Positions 43,046-56,480 of a stretch of 64,000 nucleotides of DNA are shown piece after piece (positions within the stretch are counted from its first letter, which is position 1; every line of letters begins with the position of its first letter). The position numbers and the translations under genes were made by a program. This DNA is from Eledone cirrhosa (Eukaryota). The notes below the pieces were generated by a model that worked only from the letters and a program-made list of their open reading frames with translations, made no database searches and was not told where the DNA came from. Location: NCBI GenBank assembly GCA_964016885.1, contig OZ024747.1:15438001-15502000 (forward strand), given 5' to 3'.

Positions 43046-44194
43046 AATCGATAAATCGAAATAAAAGATGTGGATATCTATACAAATACTTTAATAGAGC
43101 CGGGCACATTTCAATAACAAAAGATAACACTATTAAAACTGCGAAATATTTTCTCAACTAATAGTCAACGCTATTAACCACAATGAATGCAACTTCTATT
43201 AAAGTGAAGAATTAGTTTATAATCATTCAAAATATTATTCACTTGAATGTCCTAAAGGGCGTGGGTCTTTTTTTTCTATACTTCATGAACACTACCATTC
43301 AAAAGGACCCTCATCAATCGCCATCAAAATAACAGGTGCGTTGATTTTTACAACGAAGTGTTTAAAGCCAGCATGAAGTAGGAGGATAGAAGATTACAAA
43401 AGGTGATTGAAAATGAGATTTTACAGAAGAAAAAAAAAAAAAAAGAAAGACAACCCGAACAAAATAATAAAGAGTAAAAAAGAAGCAAAACAATAAATGT
43501 ACGAAATAAAGATTCTTATTCAGAATATAAATACAAAGAAAAAGTTTCAAAGTGACAATTGGGCTTTTTTCTTCTTTTATATTAAGAAGTGATTTTTGTC
43601 AAGTTCAAAAGTCAAAGTTCAAACTATACGTTTGCTGGACAAATGTGGGAGGGATTCTATTTTTCAGCGATGACAAATCATTGACACAGATTTATTGAAG
43701 AGAGAAGAAAGGAAATAAAATAAGAGAAGAAAGAAGAATGAAAACTAAATACATTTCATTTATTTCCCCAATACTCGTGAAAAAAAATATACATAAAGAT
43801 AAGTTGCTGTCGTGATGATGGAAAGAAGTGGGAATGAAAGTATAATAATATCTGCTTTTCAACATCATTTAGAAATTATGATATGCATTCGTTTACTTGT
43901 AAAAATGGGAAGAAAGAGTGAGAGAATGAATTAAGTACAAACTTGTTAAATTTGGCCTAGCGACTTCCTATACGCCTGACACAGATCAAATTCTTAACAT
44001 TTCTTTGCTAGCAAGCAAACAATTTAGAAAACATTATTCAGACGACCACGTCGTTAACAAGAATAAAAGGTTTCTACTTATTTGTGATACATTTTTATCT
44101 AACCCATATAGTTTCATATATTTATATATTATCAACTGACAAATTCGTTGCAGGCATCACACACTTAAAAATATGCATATGTACTATAGTAATT

Positions 44195-44227
<33 letters not shown>

Positions 44228-44531
44228 CTCACACAAACAAACATGTGTGTGTCCCTCTGTGTGTATGTATTCATATATGTAAATGCACATGGGTTAGTAG
44301 TGTGAGAGCTGGATTCACAATAGTGAGGTCACGAGTTCGATTCCCGAACCGGACGATGTTTTGTGTCCTTTAGCAACGCACTTTTTTCACGTTACTCCAG
44401 TTCACTTAGCTGTAGTAATGGGTTTCGATGCAAGTGATGTCAAGTTATATTGGACGACATCAGAAATACACCTTGTCTCGTCTTGAATCAATTTCATTAC
44501 ACTTTATATGACTCCTACAGGATTAGAACTG

Positions 44532-44573
<42 letters not shown>

Positions 44574-44576
44574 CTC

Positions 44577-45299
44577 ACTCAGATGGTGGATGGGTGCTAC
44601 ACGAGAATGCTGAGGATGGCTCTGAACATTAATCAGTATACACTGAGGATGAAAAACTCAGAGCTGTATGGGAGCATCCCAAAAGTCAGCTCAAAAGTGA
44701 CACAGAGGAGACTGAGGTTGGCTGGACATGCTCACCGACATCCAGAGTTGACATTGCACTCAGTTCTCCTTTGGGAGCCCCTACATGGACACACTAGAAG
44801 AGGAAGACCAAGGTTAACATATGTTGATGCCCTAAGGACAGACACTGGTCTGTTGGAGATGCAGGATATTGCGGCGATAATGAGGGACAGAGACCGCTGG
44901 GGAGAACTCGTCCATGGATCTCGGGAATTTTACCCGCCTTAGATAGATAGAGAGATATATATCTAGGGCGAGTAAAATTCCCGAAATCCATGGACGAGTT
45001 CTCTCCAGTGGTCTCTGTCCCTCATTATCGCTGCCATGTCCTGCGTCTCCAACAGACCAGTGTCTGTCCTTAGGGCATCAACATACGTTAACCTTGGTCT
45101 TTCTTTTCCAGTGTGTCCATGTAGGGCTCAGATGGTGGATGGATGGTAGACGAGAATGCTGAGGATGGCTCTGAACATTAATCAGTATACACTGAGGATG
45201 AAAAACTCAGAGCTGTATGAGAGCCTCCCAAAGGTTAGCTGAAAAGCGACACAGAGGAGATTGAGGTTAGCTGGACATGCTCACCGACATCCAGAGTTG

Positions 45300-45302
<3 letters not shown>
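44577..45302. mobile_element. Rearranged RTE LINE 3' fragments (plus 44577-44950, minus ~44964-45129, plus 45127-45302)
   Basis: RLRLAGHAHRHPEL...LLWEPLHGHTRRGRPRLTYVDAL, an RTE C-terminus, with an AGAT tail. Confidence 0.88.
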
Positions 45303-45365
<63 letters not shown>

Positions 45366-45607
45366 GTGTGTATTTATATATAGTTCAATAATAATAATAA
45401 TAATAATAGGACGAACCTAACGCTTGTTGGAAAAGAGAGACATTTCATCGGGAAAGCCAAACGGTCGGAGAAAGAAGGAGCTATTTTATGTTGGGTGACA
45501 GGGGCAGCCATTTATTCCAAGGTGGAGAGCCATCATTGATGCTCTTATGCGTGTGCATATTGATTGCGTTAGAAAGAGAGAATGTGAGTGATGGAGAGAG
45601 AGAGAGA

Positions 45608-45661
<54 letters not shown>

Positions 45662-46863
45662 GAGAGAGAAAGTGAGAGAAAGAGAGGGAGAGAATGAGAG
45701 AGGAAACGAATTGAACCAGATTCTTGTTTTTTGCCAATCTCTATATTCTTGTTTACTATTTGTATTATGAATTGATGGCTTTGTTTGATAATTCACATGT
45801 CTTGTATTTTGTGGGTTTCTTTCGTTATATTATGCTATTTCATTTTTATATATGTTATTTTAGATTTTCTTTAGAATCTCTTGTTTAAAATAACCCGCAT
45901 TAATCATTTCATGAAAGCCTCACAAATTCCATATAATGAAATTTACAACCTGCATTCAATTTCATCATTCATTAACGTTTTGGTCTAAATATTTTGCGAT
46001 AATTTTTTCTGCTCTCTGTAACCTCAGTTAACATCTAACCGTGGTCATCTTTGTCCTTCATCCTTTCTAGGAATTTAATATTATCTATCCGTCGAACAGT
46101 TGTCTTTAATAGAAAATATGTCATCAAAATGCAACTGGTACATTCTGTATGGTGGTTAATGATAGGAATTGCACCCGACTGTAAAAACGATGCCTAAAAG
46201 CGTTGAGAGGACGCTTCAGTTTTTCAATAGTATGACAGCCTCAAACTACAACACGTTTGATTCTCAACTGCCGCATGAATGATTCATATACGTCGAGAAT
46301 ATTCTGTGGTCTGAGGGTTTTAAATTAACAGAATTGTTAGAGCATCGCATAGAATTCCATTGCGTTAACTTTTGGCTCATTACGTTCTGATTTCAAATCT
46401 CAGCGAGGTCAACTTTGCCTTTCATCCTTCTCGAGTTGATAAATTAGAGTTTCAGTTAAATACTGGTGTTGAATTAAACAACTTTTCGCCTTCTTCAAAA
46501 TGTGTTGGTCATGGCACGAACATCCCGTTTCAATGTGCTTTTAAAACATGTATGCAGACCTGTCAACGCTCCCCGTCCGACGGGGAGATATCCCTGTTTT
46601 GGTGGGGTGGGCGAGAGATATCCTCTCTTGTGAAAATGAGTATAGCTTTCATTGCGTAAAAATCTTCCCATTTTGCCTCATTTCTCCCCATTCTAGGGCA
46701 CTTTCTCCATGGTTCGCCCCGTTTGAGTCTTTAGAGGTTAGCCCGACTATGTTTGTGCACTTTTGCTTGCTCAACAGAAGTAGTTTGACGTTTCCTATAG
46801 ACGTTATATACACGTTATACTCATATACACGTTATACTCTGCTACCCATTTGATATATATATA

Positions 46864-46944
<81 letters not shown>

Positions 46945-46999
46945 CGATATTAAATAAATGGAAACTATATTTATAAAACCATATTTATTTCATTACTTT

Positions 47000-47079
<80 letters not shown>

Positions 47080-47574
47080 GAGGTGGAATATGTATATATA
47101 CGGTCAATAATTATTTCACTAGCGCGAACAATGCTCAAATGCTCAGTGGAAAGGCCAGATCGTCGTGGATATTTCTTCCGGAAATCTATCGCATAAATTT
47201 GTTGTTTATGCATATACATGGGCATTGTAATGTCAGATAAATATTCTTTCTTGAAATCGTGATTTTAGTGTTGCTTTATAAACAATTAGTTGCTGAAAGT
47301 GTTGCTTTAAAGTCGATAGCAATCCATCGAATATATATCAATCCTTCAAACTTACTAAGCTTTACTCCTCGGAGTGTTACATCAGAGTATTGCGTAGACA
47401 GTATATATTGCGTAGACAAGATATCTGTAACAAGAAACAGATAGAAGCAAGTGCCTTTCTTGAAAGCAGAGAACAGATGATAATACTACGTATCGTTCTA
47501 GAAGTAAAATACGAACTGGATCAACCCAACGACATAACCTCCTAAACTTTGACAATGCAGCCGTAAATAACGGA

Positions 47575-47952
47575 TTCTGATTTAGGCACAAGGCCAACAA
47601 TTTTAGGGGAGAGGGAAGTCGATTAAAATGACCCATTTGCGTTACTGGTACTTTATTTTATAAACTACATGAGGACGAAAGGCAAAGCTAAGCTCGGCGG
47701 ATTGGCAGTAGCGGTAGAGCGTCGGACAAGATACTTTGACCACTGATACTACTTATCTACAGATTTTGTGCTACGATAAATAATAGTTTCGACTTTTGGC
47801 GCAATGCCAGCAATTATCCAGTGTATTACTGGTACTTTATTTTATCGACCCCGTAAGGATGAAAGTTAACCTCGGCGAGATTTGAACTCAGACCATAAAG
47901 GGCCGTAACTCTTTGCTGCATAGCATGGCGTCAGACCCTCTACCGATACTGA
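47575..47952. mobile_element. Cluster of SINE family A fragments
   Basis: Family core and head pieces in both orientations. Confidence 0.8.
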
Positions 47953-48315
47953 TGCATTTACATTAGTAGGAGACCATTACAGATAATAGTCATTTAAATA
48001 GACAAGTCTATTAAAATAAATATTCTTTGCAAAGTCGAAAAGTAAACCATGCACGTAAAAGAAGTTATAGAAATTAATTTACGATAATGTTATTTGAAAT
48101 ATATTCCTCTCGAAATAGTATATTAATACATTGAAAGGACATCAAATAATGCAATTCTACTTCCATGTGTAGACTATATGATGATTAAGTAAATCTCCTT
48201 AGAATTGTAGATTATAGGGAGATGAATGAGTAGTTATAAATACGATCAGGAAAAACAGTTTGTTGAGGGGAAAAAAACTATGATAGAAAAGTATATGTAC
48301 ATATATAGAGAGAAG

Positions 48316-48348
<33 letters not shown>

Positions 48349-48349
48349 G

Positions 48350-48384
<35 letters not shown>

Positions 48385-49245
48385 TGGCAGAAGCAATTGT
48401 GTAGCCTTGATTGTAATGGGTCAAAAAAGACGTGTATTTATCTAGAGTGGAGGAGATTAGTCGTATAGGTTTGAAAAATAAATGGGGCGAAACAAGTAAA
48501 ATACATTTAGATAAAGTTATAAACTGGGATGCGTGGGTACAGGCAGATGGGTAGGATAAACTATAGAGTCTTTATGGAGATATGATAAATTGAACAGTTT
48601 GAAAGAGAAAATGAAATAAATTGTTAAATAAAGTTGGAAGAGAAAAATAAAGTCTTAATGAAAGAGAACATGAAAAATATCGCATACTTGTCAAAATGAG
48701 AATGTGGGAAAAGGGGGAAAAGAAAACAGTAGGAAAGTGGTCGTGTCTGAAAGGAAATGCGGTTACAAAAGGAAGGGATCTCGGTGACAATAGCGGCTGG
48801 TGAGAGAAATTTTGCATATAAAGAAGGATGATGATTTATAACAAGAAAATTGGATAGTAGTTTACTGAGAGAGGGAGAGTGAGTGAGAGAGAGAGAGAGA
48901 AAAAGGGGGAGTGAGAAAGGATAGAGATAGATAGAGAGAACAGTAAGAATATAGAAAAGATGTCAAAGAAGGATGTGTTTGAAGAAAAATTAAAAGAAAA
49001 AAAGTAACTACGATGAAGTGAATGAAAGATAAAGACATAGAAATTAGAAAGACGTTTTAAACATGCGTGCACATATCCCTCATAACATAAAAGAACTGGG
49101 GGTGATCCATAAGAAAAAAGATAGAAGACTTAAAAGGAAAAAAAAGCATGACAAAAGAAACATATACATTAAAATGCAAGATGCCTTGGGGAAAAAAATA
49201 TAAAAATGACTGCCCCAAGTGAAATAGCGAATGGGGAAAATAACC

Positions 49246-49309
<64 letters not shown>

Positions 49310-49336
49310 CAGTGTGTGTGTGTATATATATGTATG

Positions 49337-49395
<59 letters not shown>

Positions 49396-50449
49396 GGGAG
49401 GGGGGAGACGGCCCCATTTCAAACAAGAAAGAAAGTACACTGAAGGTGGGCACGACACAGAGTAAGTGAGGTTAAAGGGCCCGACAAGCACGCCCTCTCC
49501 CAGTGTGTGTGTATACGTTGTCAATGGAATATTTTTCTTTTTCCCTTGTTTAGTTAATTTTTTTTTCGAGAGTTATTCATCTATAAAAGAACCCGTTGAA
49601 AAGCTGGTACGCAATGCTTTTCAACGACAGTCAAAGCTCCCGCTTTGTCGAATGGCAGGGACTGATTTTCAATTTTCTTGAGAACAATTGCAAAGACGGA
49701 CTGAATAGCGGCGTGTTGATTTCATTACCTTGGACAACAATATCAATTCAGCATACGTCGATTTCACATGAATAGCTTGTATTTGTCTCCGCTCCTCCAT
49801 TATATCAGGAACAAAAGCCTACCATTCTGAACGCCGTTCTCACCCATTCAAGCAACCACTTCATATGTATTGTCGTCTATGAATTGAGGTTTCCTCCGTC
49901 ATGCGCCGGCATTATATTGACATTATAGTTCCCTTGTTGTACTAAATGATAGCATGGTTATGTTGAACCAGATGAAGAATTAGCGACATTTGAGGTCTTT
50001 CAAAACTCATTTTAACATTGCTTCTTACTACTAAGAAGCAAAACGAAAGAGATAAAGAAAAATAGAAAAGAGAAACTAAAATAACAAAAGAAAAGGTAAA
50101 GATTTTTTTCTTAAAAACACACTCGCACAGATACAGGAAATAAAGGAAAAGTGAAAAACGAATAGGATAATACTTCAGTACTACGTGACAGTAGAATAAA
50201 TGTTTGTTGTAGCAGACATAAGCTATAGCATTAGTAATAGCAGTATGGATACGTAGTACATGAATTAATGTAATGTAGGAGAAGCATCAATAACTGTAGT
50301 ATTAGTAGGAGCAATAGCAATTTATCACAGTGTTAATAGCACTATTGATAAACGTGTAGTTGTATATATTGTTTATTGTGATAGCTTTATTGATAAATGT
50401 AATTATGAGAACAAACATCTAGTTGTCTGTAATAATAATTATTTTTATA

Positions 50450-51045
50450 TTTGGCAATTTGAAGGGAAGGACGTTGTCGAGTAAATCTAAACATTTCGTT
50501 GCTAGTACATTATTTTGTCGACCCCGCAAAAGCAACCTCGATGGGATTTGAATTCCAAACCTAAAGAGACATAACTCTATGCCATAAAACATGTTGTCCA
50601 ATGTTCTATCGATGCTGCCAATCCACCGCCCTGATTTAGGTACAAAGCCAACAATTTTGGGGGAAGTGGAAAGTCGATTAAATCGACCCCAGTGCATTAC
50701 TTGTAATTTACTTTATCGATCCGGTAAGAATGAAAGCAAAGCTAATCTCGGCGTGATTTGAACTGAGAGCGTAAAGGGCCATAATTCTATGTCACTAAGC
50801 ATGTTGTCGGACGCTTTACCGATTCTGCCAATCCACTGCCCTTCAGCTATAATAATAGTAATAACAGTTTCTGATTTAGGAAAAAGGCTAGCAATATGGG
50901 GGGAGATGAAGGTTGATTTTATCGACCCAAGTGCGTTACTGATACTATATTTTATCGACTCCTTATTGATGAAATGCAAAGCTAACCTCGGTATGTGACG
51001 TAACTATAAGCCGAAAAAGCATGTTATCCGACGCTATACCGATGC
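50450..51045 (-). mobile_element. Three tandem diverged SINE family A copies
   Basis: Repeated core and B-box segments. Confidence 0.75.
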
Positions 51046-51927
51046 TGGCCTCATGATTAATTGTTTCGACATTTTCCACAATGCGGACAATTTGAATGGG
51101 AGGGAAATGTCAATTCAGTCGGCCAAATTACTTGAATCTTACATGGAACATAGGTTGTGGCTCCTTAAAAGTAGACCTGGATTGTTTGTGTGAATGGTAC
51201 ATTATTTATCGATCCTGGAAGAATAAAATACACGGTCGACGTCTTCGTGATTTAAAATCAGAAAGTAAATAGCTTGACAACATACGCAAAGTAGCTTCTC
51301 CGACTCTCTACTGATTCTGTAAATCCATAACACTTTAAATTATTAGTAATTTATTTCTTATTTAGATACAAGGTCAGAATTTATAGCGGGAGAGGAAAAT
51401 TGATTAAATAACCCCCAATGCTTCATGGTATTTTTTTTCTTCTCGAAATGGCAAATATGATATATTTGGAATAGTTTGGCTGAAGGTCATCATCTTACTA
51501 CAACACTTTCCTTCTATCTAATCGATTCAGCATATTGCTGGTATTGACTTTTTCGATCTCAGAGGAATTGAATTGCCAAATTAGCGTATGAAATCTGGAC
51601 GTAATTAGAACATAGCTAGATAGAGCAAAATTTGTAATCCGACATTCTTTTATTTTGTCCACTCCAACACTACTTTACTCTGTAGTTCAAGCATTGGCAA
51701 AAGGTCACATTTTGGCGGGGTGGTAAAATCGATTTAACTTAAAAGGTAAAGCACCGCAACGTAACCGAAATACACTTTCACAATGTCCATAAATGCATAC
51801 AATCTAGACAAATGACAATATCTACCTATGTAATACATAGGTCCTTTTTGGTATTGGTCGTTCGAAGGCAACGTTGTCGTCGATTAAATTTGAACTCAAA
51901 AGTGTTCAATGATAGTGTTACTGTTGT

Positions 51928-52130
51928 TACTCGGTGTTTCATCATTAATAGTCCCCATTGAATAATTCTCCTTGTGACGCTAAACTCCGCCAGTTTTTAA
52001 GAATGAGTTCAGTTAAACCATGAATAGTGGTGACACCTTATGTGTTGTCCAAGGGAGCTAATACTCGGTGTTTCATCATTAATAGTCCCCATTGAATAAT
52101 TCTCATTGTGACGCTAAACTCCGCCAGTTT
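51928..52130. repeat. 69-bp direct repeat, period 134
   Basis: 51928-51996 and 52062-52130, one mismatch. Confidence 0.9.
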
Positions 52131-52139
52131 CATTAACAT

Positions 52140-52330
52140 ACGATATCTCGCTCCACAAAGTTCGATCACCAGCAGCAGAGTTCAAAGAGCAAAGATCAAG
52201 TCCTGTCCATAAGTTGACATTGTCAAGTCATCGTTTTGGCTGCCGGCCTCTCTTACCAGCCAACTTTCCTTCCAGGCATAACCTACTCACACCACGAGTT
52301 GATCTTTTTATATGGCCGTATTGAATAATT
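52140..52330 (-). pseudogene. RTE LINE C-terminal remnant (second family)
   Basis: Minus-strand translation VSRLCLEGKLAGKRGRQPKR*LDNVNLWTG. Confidence 0.65.
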
Positions 52331-52767
52331 ATTGTCATTATAATTCACTGAGCGGTATGTATTAGACCATTGTCAAGTCTTTATAATATTTTTGTTTTGC
52401 TTGAATCCTAGTTCCCTTAATTATTAGTTTTGTGAGAATTCCAGTTTGATCATTGTTGTTATATACACAAGCTACTCGCCTGTGAGCAAGAAATAAACAT
52501 GAAATAGGTATGTTTAAAAGCGGAGAAGCATCCTCCTAACAATATGTATTGGGTAGATGACAAAAACTAATATTTCCTTGTAAATGAAACGTGTTAATTT
52601 CAAACTTAATTACGAGGGTACACGTTACAGGTTCATATGTTAACAAAAACAAATAACAATAATCATAAGAATAACAATTACAATAACAATAACAATAACA
52701 CATTCATTTTATTTACTCGAAGGGACAATATATTAAATACAAAATGTTTATCTGTTGTATTAGAGGA

Positions 52768-52905
<138 letters not shown>

Positions 52906-53077
52906 AAAAGAGTCAGGATCCCGACTCTAGTTCTGATATAGCTGTGGAAACGGTCGGAGCTCACAGCCGTCAGTGTCCTGACTCACTCTTTTCTTATTAC
53001 CCACTCTACCACACTATGTATCGAGTACTCTGGTGCGTTATGGTCTACCTGGTTCCTTACTACACTTTCTTTGTTAT

Positions 53078-53123
<46 letters not shown>

Positions 53124-54387
53124 GTGTGTGTGTGTGTGTGTATGTATGTATACGAGGTTCGACTGAAAAGTCCATAGGGTGATCAAGATACTCTCATGGT
53201 TTATTTTTCAACATATATCCCTCATGAGTCACATACTTGTTCTATCGGTGTTGTGATGCTTGGACCCCATTCGTGTATAAGTCTTCATCAACTGCAGATA
53301 TTGTGTCATCATCGCAGTGATACTGGTTCAGCAACCAAGTGTTTTTTTCATGAGGGGTTGAGCATCTTATTTCACCAGAAAACAAATCGTGTAAACATAT
53401 ATTAATGAAACGTTTTCACACAGGGTTAATGCGATGGGAGTTCCATTTTCTGAAAGTTCATGCAAAGTAAACTAAGAATACACTTTATTTAGGAAGGGAA
53501 CGTGGTGTATTGAAATCTTTTTGCAGGTCTGTTACAGACGTCCGATTATTGCATATAATAATTGTTTCTACTTTGGGCACAAGGCCAGCAATTACCCAGC
53601 ATTACTGGTACATTATTTTATCGACCCCGTAAGGATGAAAGGCAAAGTTAACCTCGGCGGGATTAACTTTGCCTTTCATCCTTACGGGGTCGATAAAATA
53701 AAGTACCAGTAATCTACTGGGTAATTGCTGGCCTTGTGCATATAATAATAACATTAGTAATTGTTTTTCGCATCGGCCAAGGCCAGCAGTTTAAGGGATG
53801 AAGAAAGTAGATTGTGTCGACTTTATTATATAGCTGGTACTTTATTTTATCGACCCTGGAGGATTGAATGGCTCAGTTGAATTGGTGGAATTTGAAACCA
53901 GAACATAAAGGCCAATGCCAAATTCGTGCAATGAATTTCATTCAATGCACTAACGATTCAGCCAATTCATCGCCTTAATGATAAGAATAATGGTTTCTGA
54001 TTTAAAAACAAGGCCAACACGTTTGGGAGAAGGTGATAGAGTTGGCTAAAGTCTTAAACCTTGTGTTTAGCAGAGTTATTCACCTGAAATTATCTTAAGT
54101 GTCGTTCTTGTTTTTCCTCATCAGCGTTACTTCACCGCGGCTCACAATACTAGCTGCCAGTTGCAGTAGACCGATTCGGGGAGATCGGTGATCACGTTTG
54201 TCAAGTCTACGTAAAACTCGTTGGATAGTCCATCCAAACAGGGTGCAGCTGACGAGGACATCCCGAATTTCCGGTGATGTTATTTGCTTTTTTGCAGCAC
54301 TCAGCATCGGCTCTCTAAAGTTGCAGCAAGTGATGTGTGATATGGGAGGATAAAACGGTTTTTAAATGAAACTTCCTCATCTTATAC

Positions 54388-54541
<154 letters not shown>

Positions 54542-54655
54542 ATATTGAAAAGGTAACACACTAGATAGAGATACAGTGCGCTATCAATAAAACAGGGACA
54601 AAGGGAACGGTGAGAGTCTATGGCTCCGTTAATGAATCGTGATATATATATATAT

Positions 54656-56480
54656 ATGAAAATAATAGGCTGCCCGTTGCAAATGGTGGGGCATGTGAAA
54701 AAGTAGGTCCTTCATCAGTGACCCTCCAACCGTCCCAGGCATTTCATCGCTTTAAGGGCCATATGCCTCAGGTTGGTGCGAACAACGGCTAAAAAAAGTC
54801 GTTGGGACACGTAAACAAAGGGGACGCCAGGGTAACAAACAAAAAAGTTTAAGCAACGGAAAGTGAGAAGAAATAGACAAGTCCCAGATCTCTATGAATA
54901 TAAACTCGGTGAAATCGTGAACAAGAGACAAAAGACCATCAAACCTGGTTGAAATGTGAGCAAGGAAAGAATTTCGCCCAAGTTTGACGGGGGGGGGGGG
55001 AAGAGAGAGATAAAAGAGAGAAGAGGAAGAAGAAGAAGAAGAAGAAGATAAAGGGGACTGGTCTACGAATTCGGTAAACGTAAGTTTTGTGAAGTCGCAG
55101 ACGAAAGAGAGAAAAAAATTTCCATACCAGCTTGGTCAAGACCGCGCGAGAAAAGAATTACACACAGGTCAAACTTGAAGGAGGAGGAGGAGAGGTAGTG
55201 ACAGAGAATGAGTGAGTGAAAGTTGAGGAGGAGGCTAACAGAGAAAGAGACTGCTAGAAAGGGTAAAAACGAACAGACGAGTGGCAGCAGAATAAAAATT
55301 ATGTGTAAATATGAAAATAATAGGCTGCCCGTTGCAAATGGTGGGGCATGTGAAAAAGTAGGTCCTTCATCAGTGACCCTCCAACCGTCCCAGGCATTTC
55401 ATCGCTTTAAGGGCCATATGCCTCAGGTTGGTGCGAACAACGGCTAAAAAAAGTCGTTGGGACACGTAAACAAAGGGGACGCCAGGGTAACAAACAAAAA
55501 AGTTTAAGCAACGGAAAGTGAGAAGAAATAGACAAGTCCCAGATTTCTATGAATATAAACTCGGTGAAATCGTGAACAAGAGACAAAAGACCATCAAACC
55601 TGGTTGAAATGTGAGCAAGGAAAGAATTTCGCCCAAGTTTGACGGGGGGGGGGGGGGAAAGAGAGAGAGAAAAGAGAGAAGAGGAAGAAGAAGAAGAAGA
55701 TAAAGGGGTCTGGTCTACGAATTCGGTAAACGTAAGTTTTGTGAAGTCGCAGACGAAAGAGAGAGAGAAAAAAATTTCCATACCAGCTTGGTCAAGACCG
55801 CGCGAGAAAAGAATTACACACAGGTCAAACTTGAAGGAGGAGGAGGAGAGGTAGTGACAGAGAATGAGTGAGTGAAAGTTGAGGAGGAGGCTAACAGAGA
55901 AAGAAACTGCTAGAAAGGGTAAAAACGAACAGACGAGTGGCAGCAGAATAAAAATTATGTGTAAATATGAAAATAATAGGCTGCCCGTTGCAAATGGTGG
56001 GGCATGTGAAAAAGTAGGTCCTTCATCAGTGACCCTCCAACCGTCCCAGGCATTTCATCGCTTTAAGGGCCATATGCCTCAGGTTGGTGCGAACAACGGC
56101 TAAAAAAAGTCGTTGGGACACGTAAACAAAGGGGACGCCAGGGTAACAAACAAAAAAGTTTAAGCAACGGAAAGTGAGAAGAAATAGACAAGTCCCAGAT
56201 CTCTATGAATATAAACTCGGTGAAATCGTGAACAAGAGACAAAAGACCATCAAACCTGGTTGAAATGTGAGCAAGGAAAGAATTTCGCCCAAGTTTGACG
56301 GGGGGGGGGGGAGAGAGAAGAGGAAGAAGAAGAAGAAGAAGATAAAGGGGTCTGGTCTACGAATTCGGTAAACGTAAGTTTTGTGAAGTCGCAGACGAAA
56401 GAGAGAGAGAAAAAAATTTCCATTCCAGCTTGGTCAAGACCGCGCGAGAAAAGAATTACACACAGGTCAAACTTGAAGGA
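54656..56480. repeat. ~656-bp tandem repeat, ~2.8 near-identical copies, TA at both ends
   Basis: Unit starts at 54656, 55311 and 55967; differences are mostly in the G and GA runs. Confidence 0.95.

Noticed and set aside
54095-54307. 70-aa minus-strand ORF resembling a Tc1/Tc3 helix-turn-helix
   Set aside because: Weak resemblance only; no TIRs or DDE region seen.
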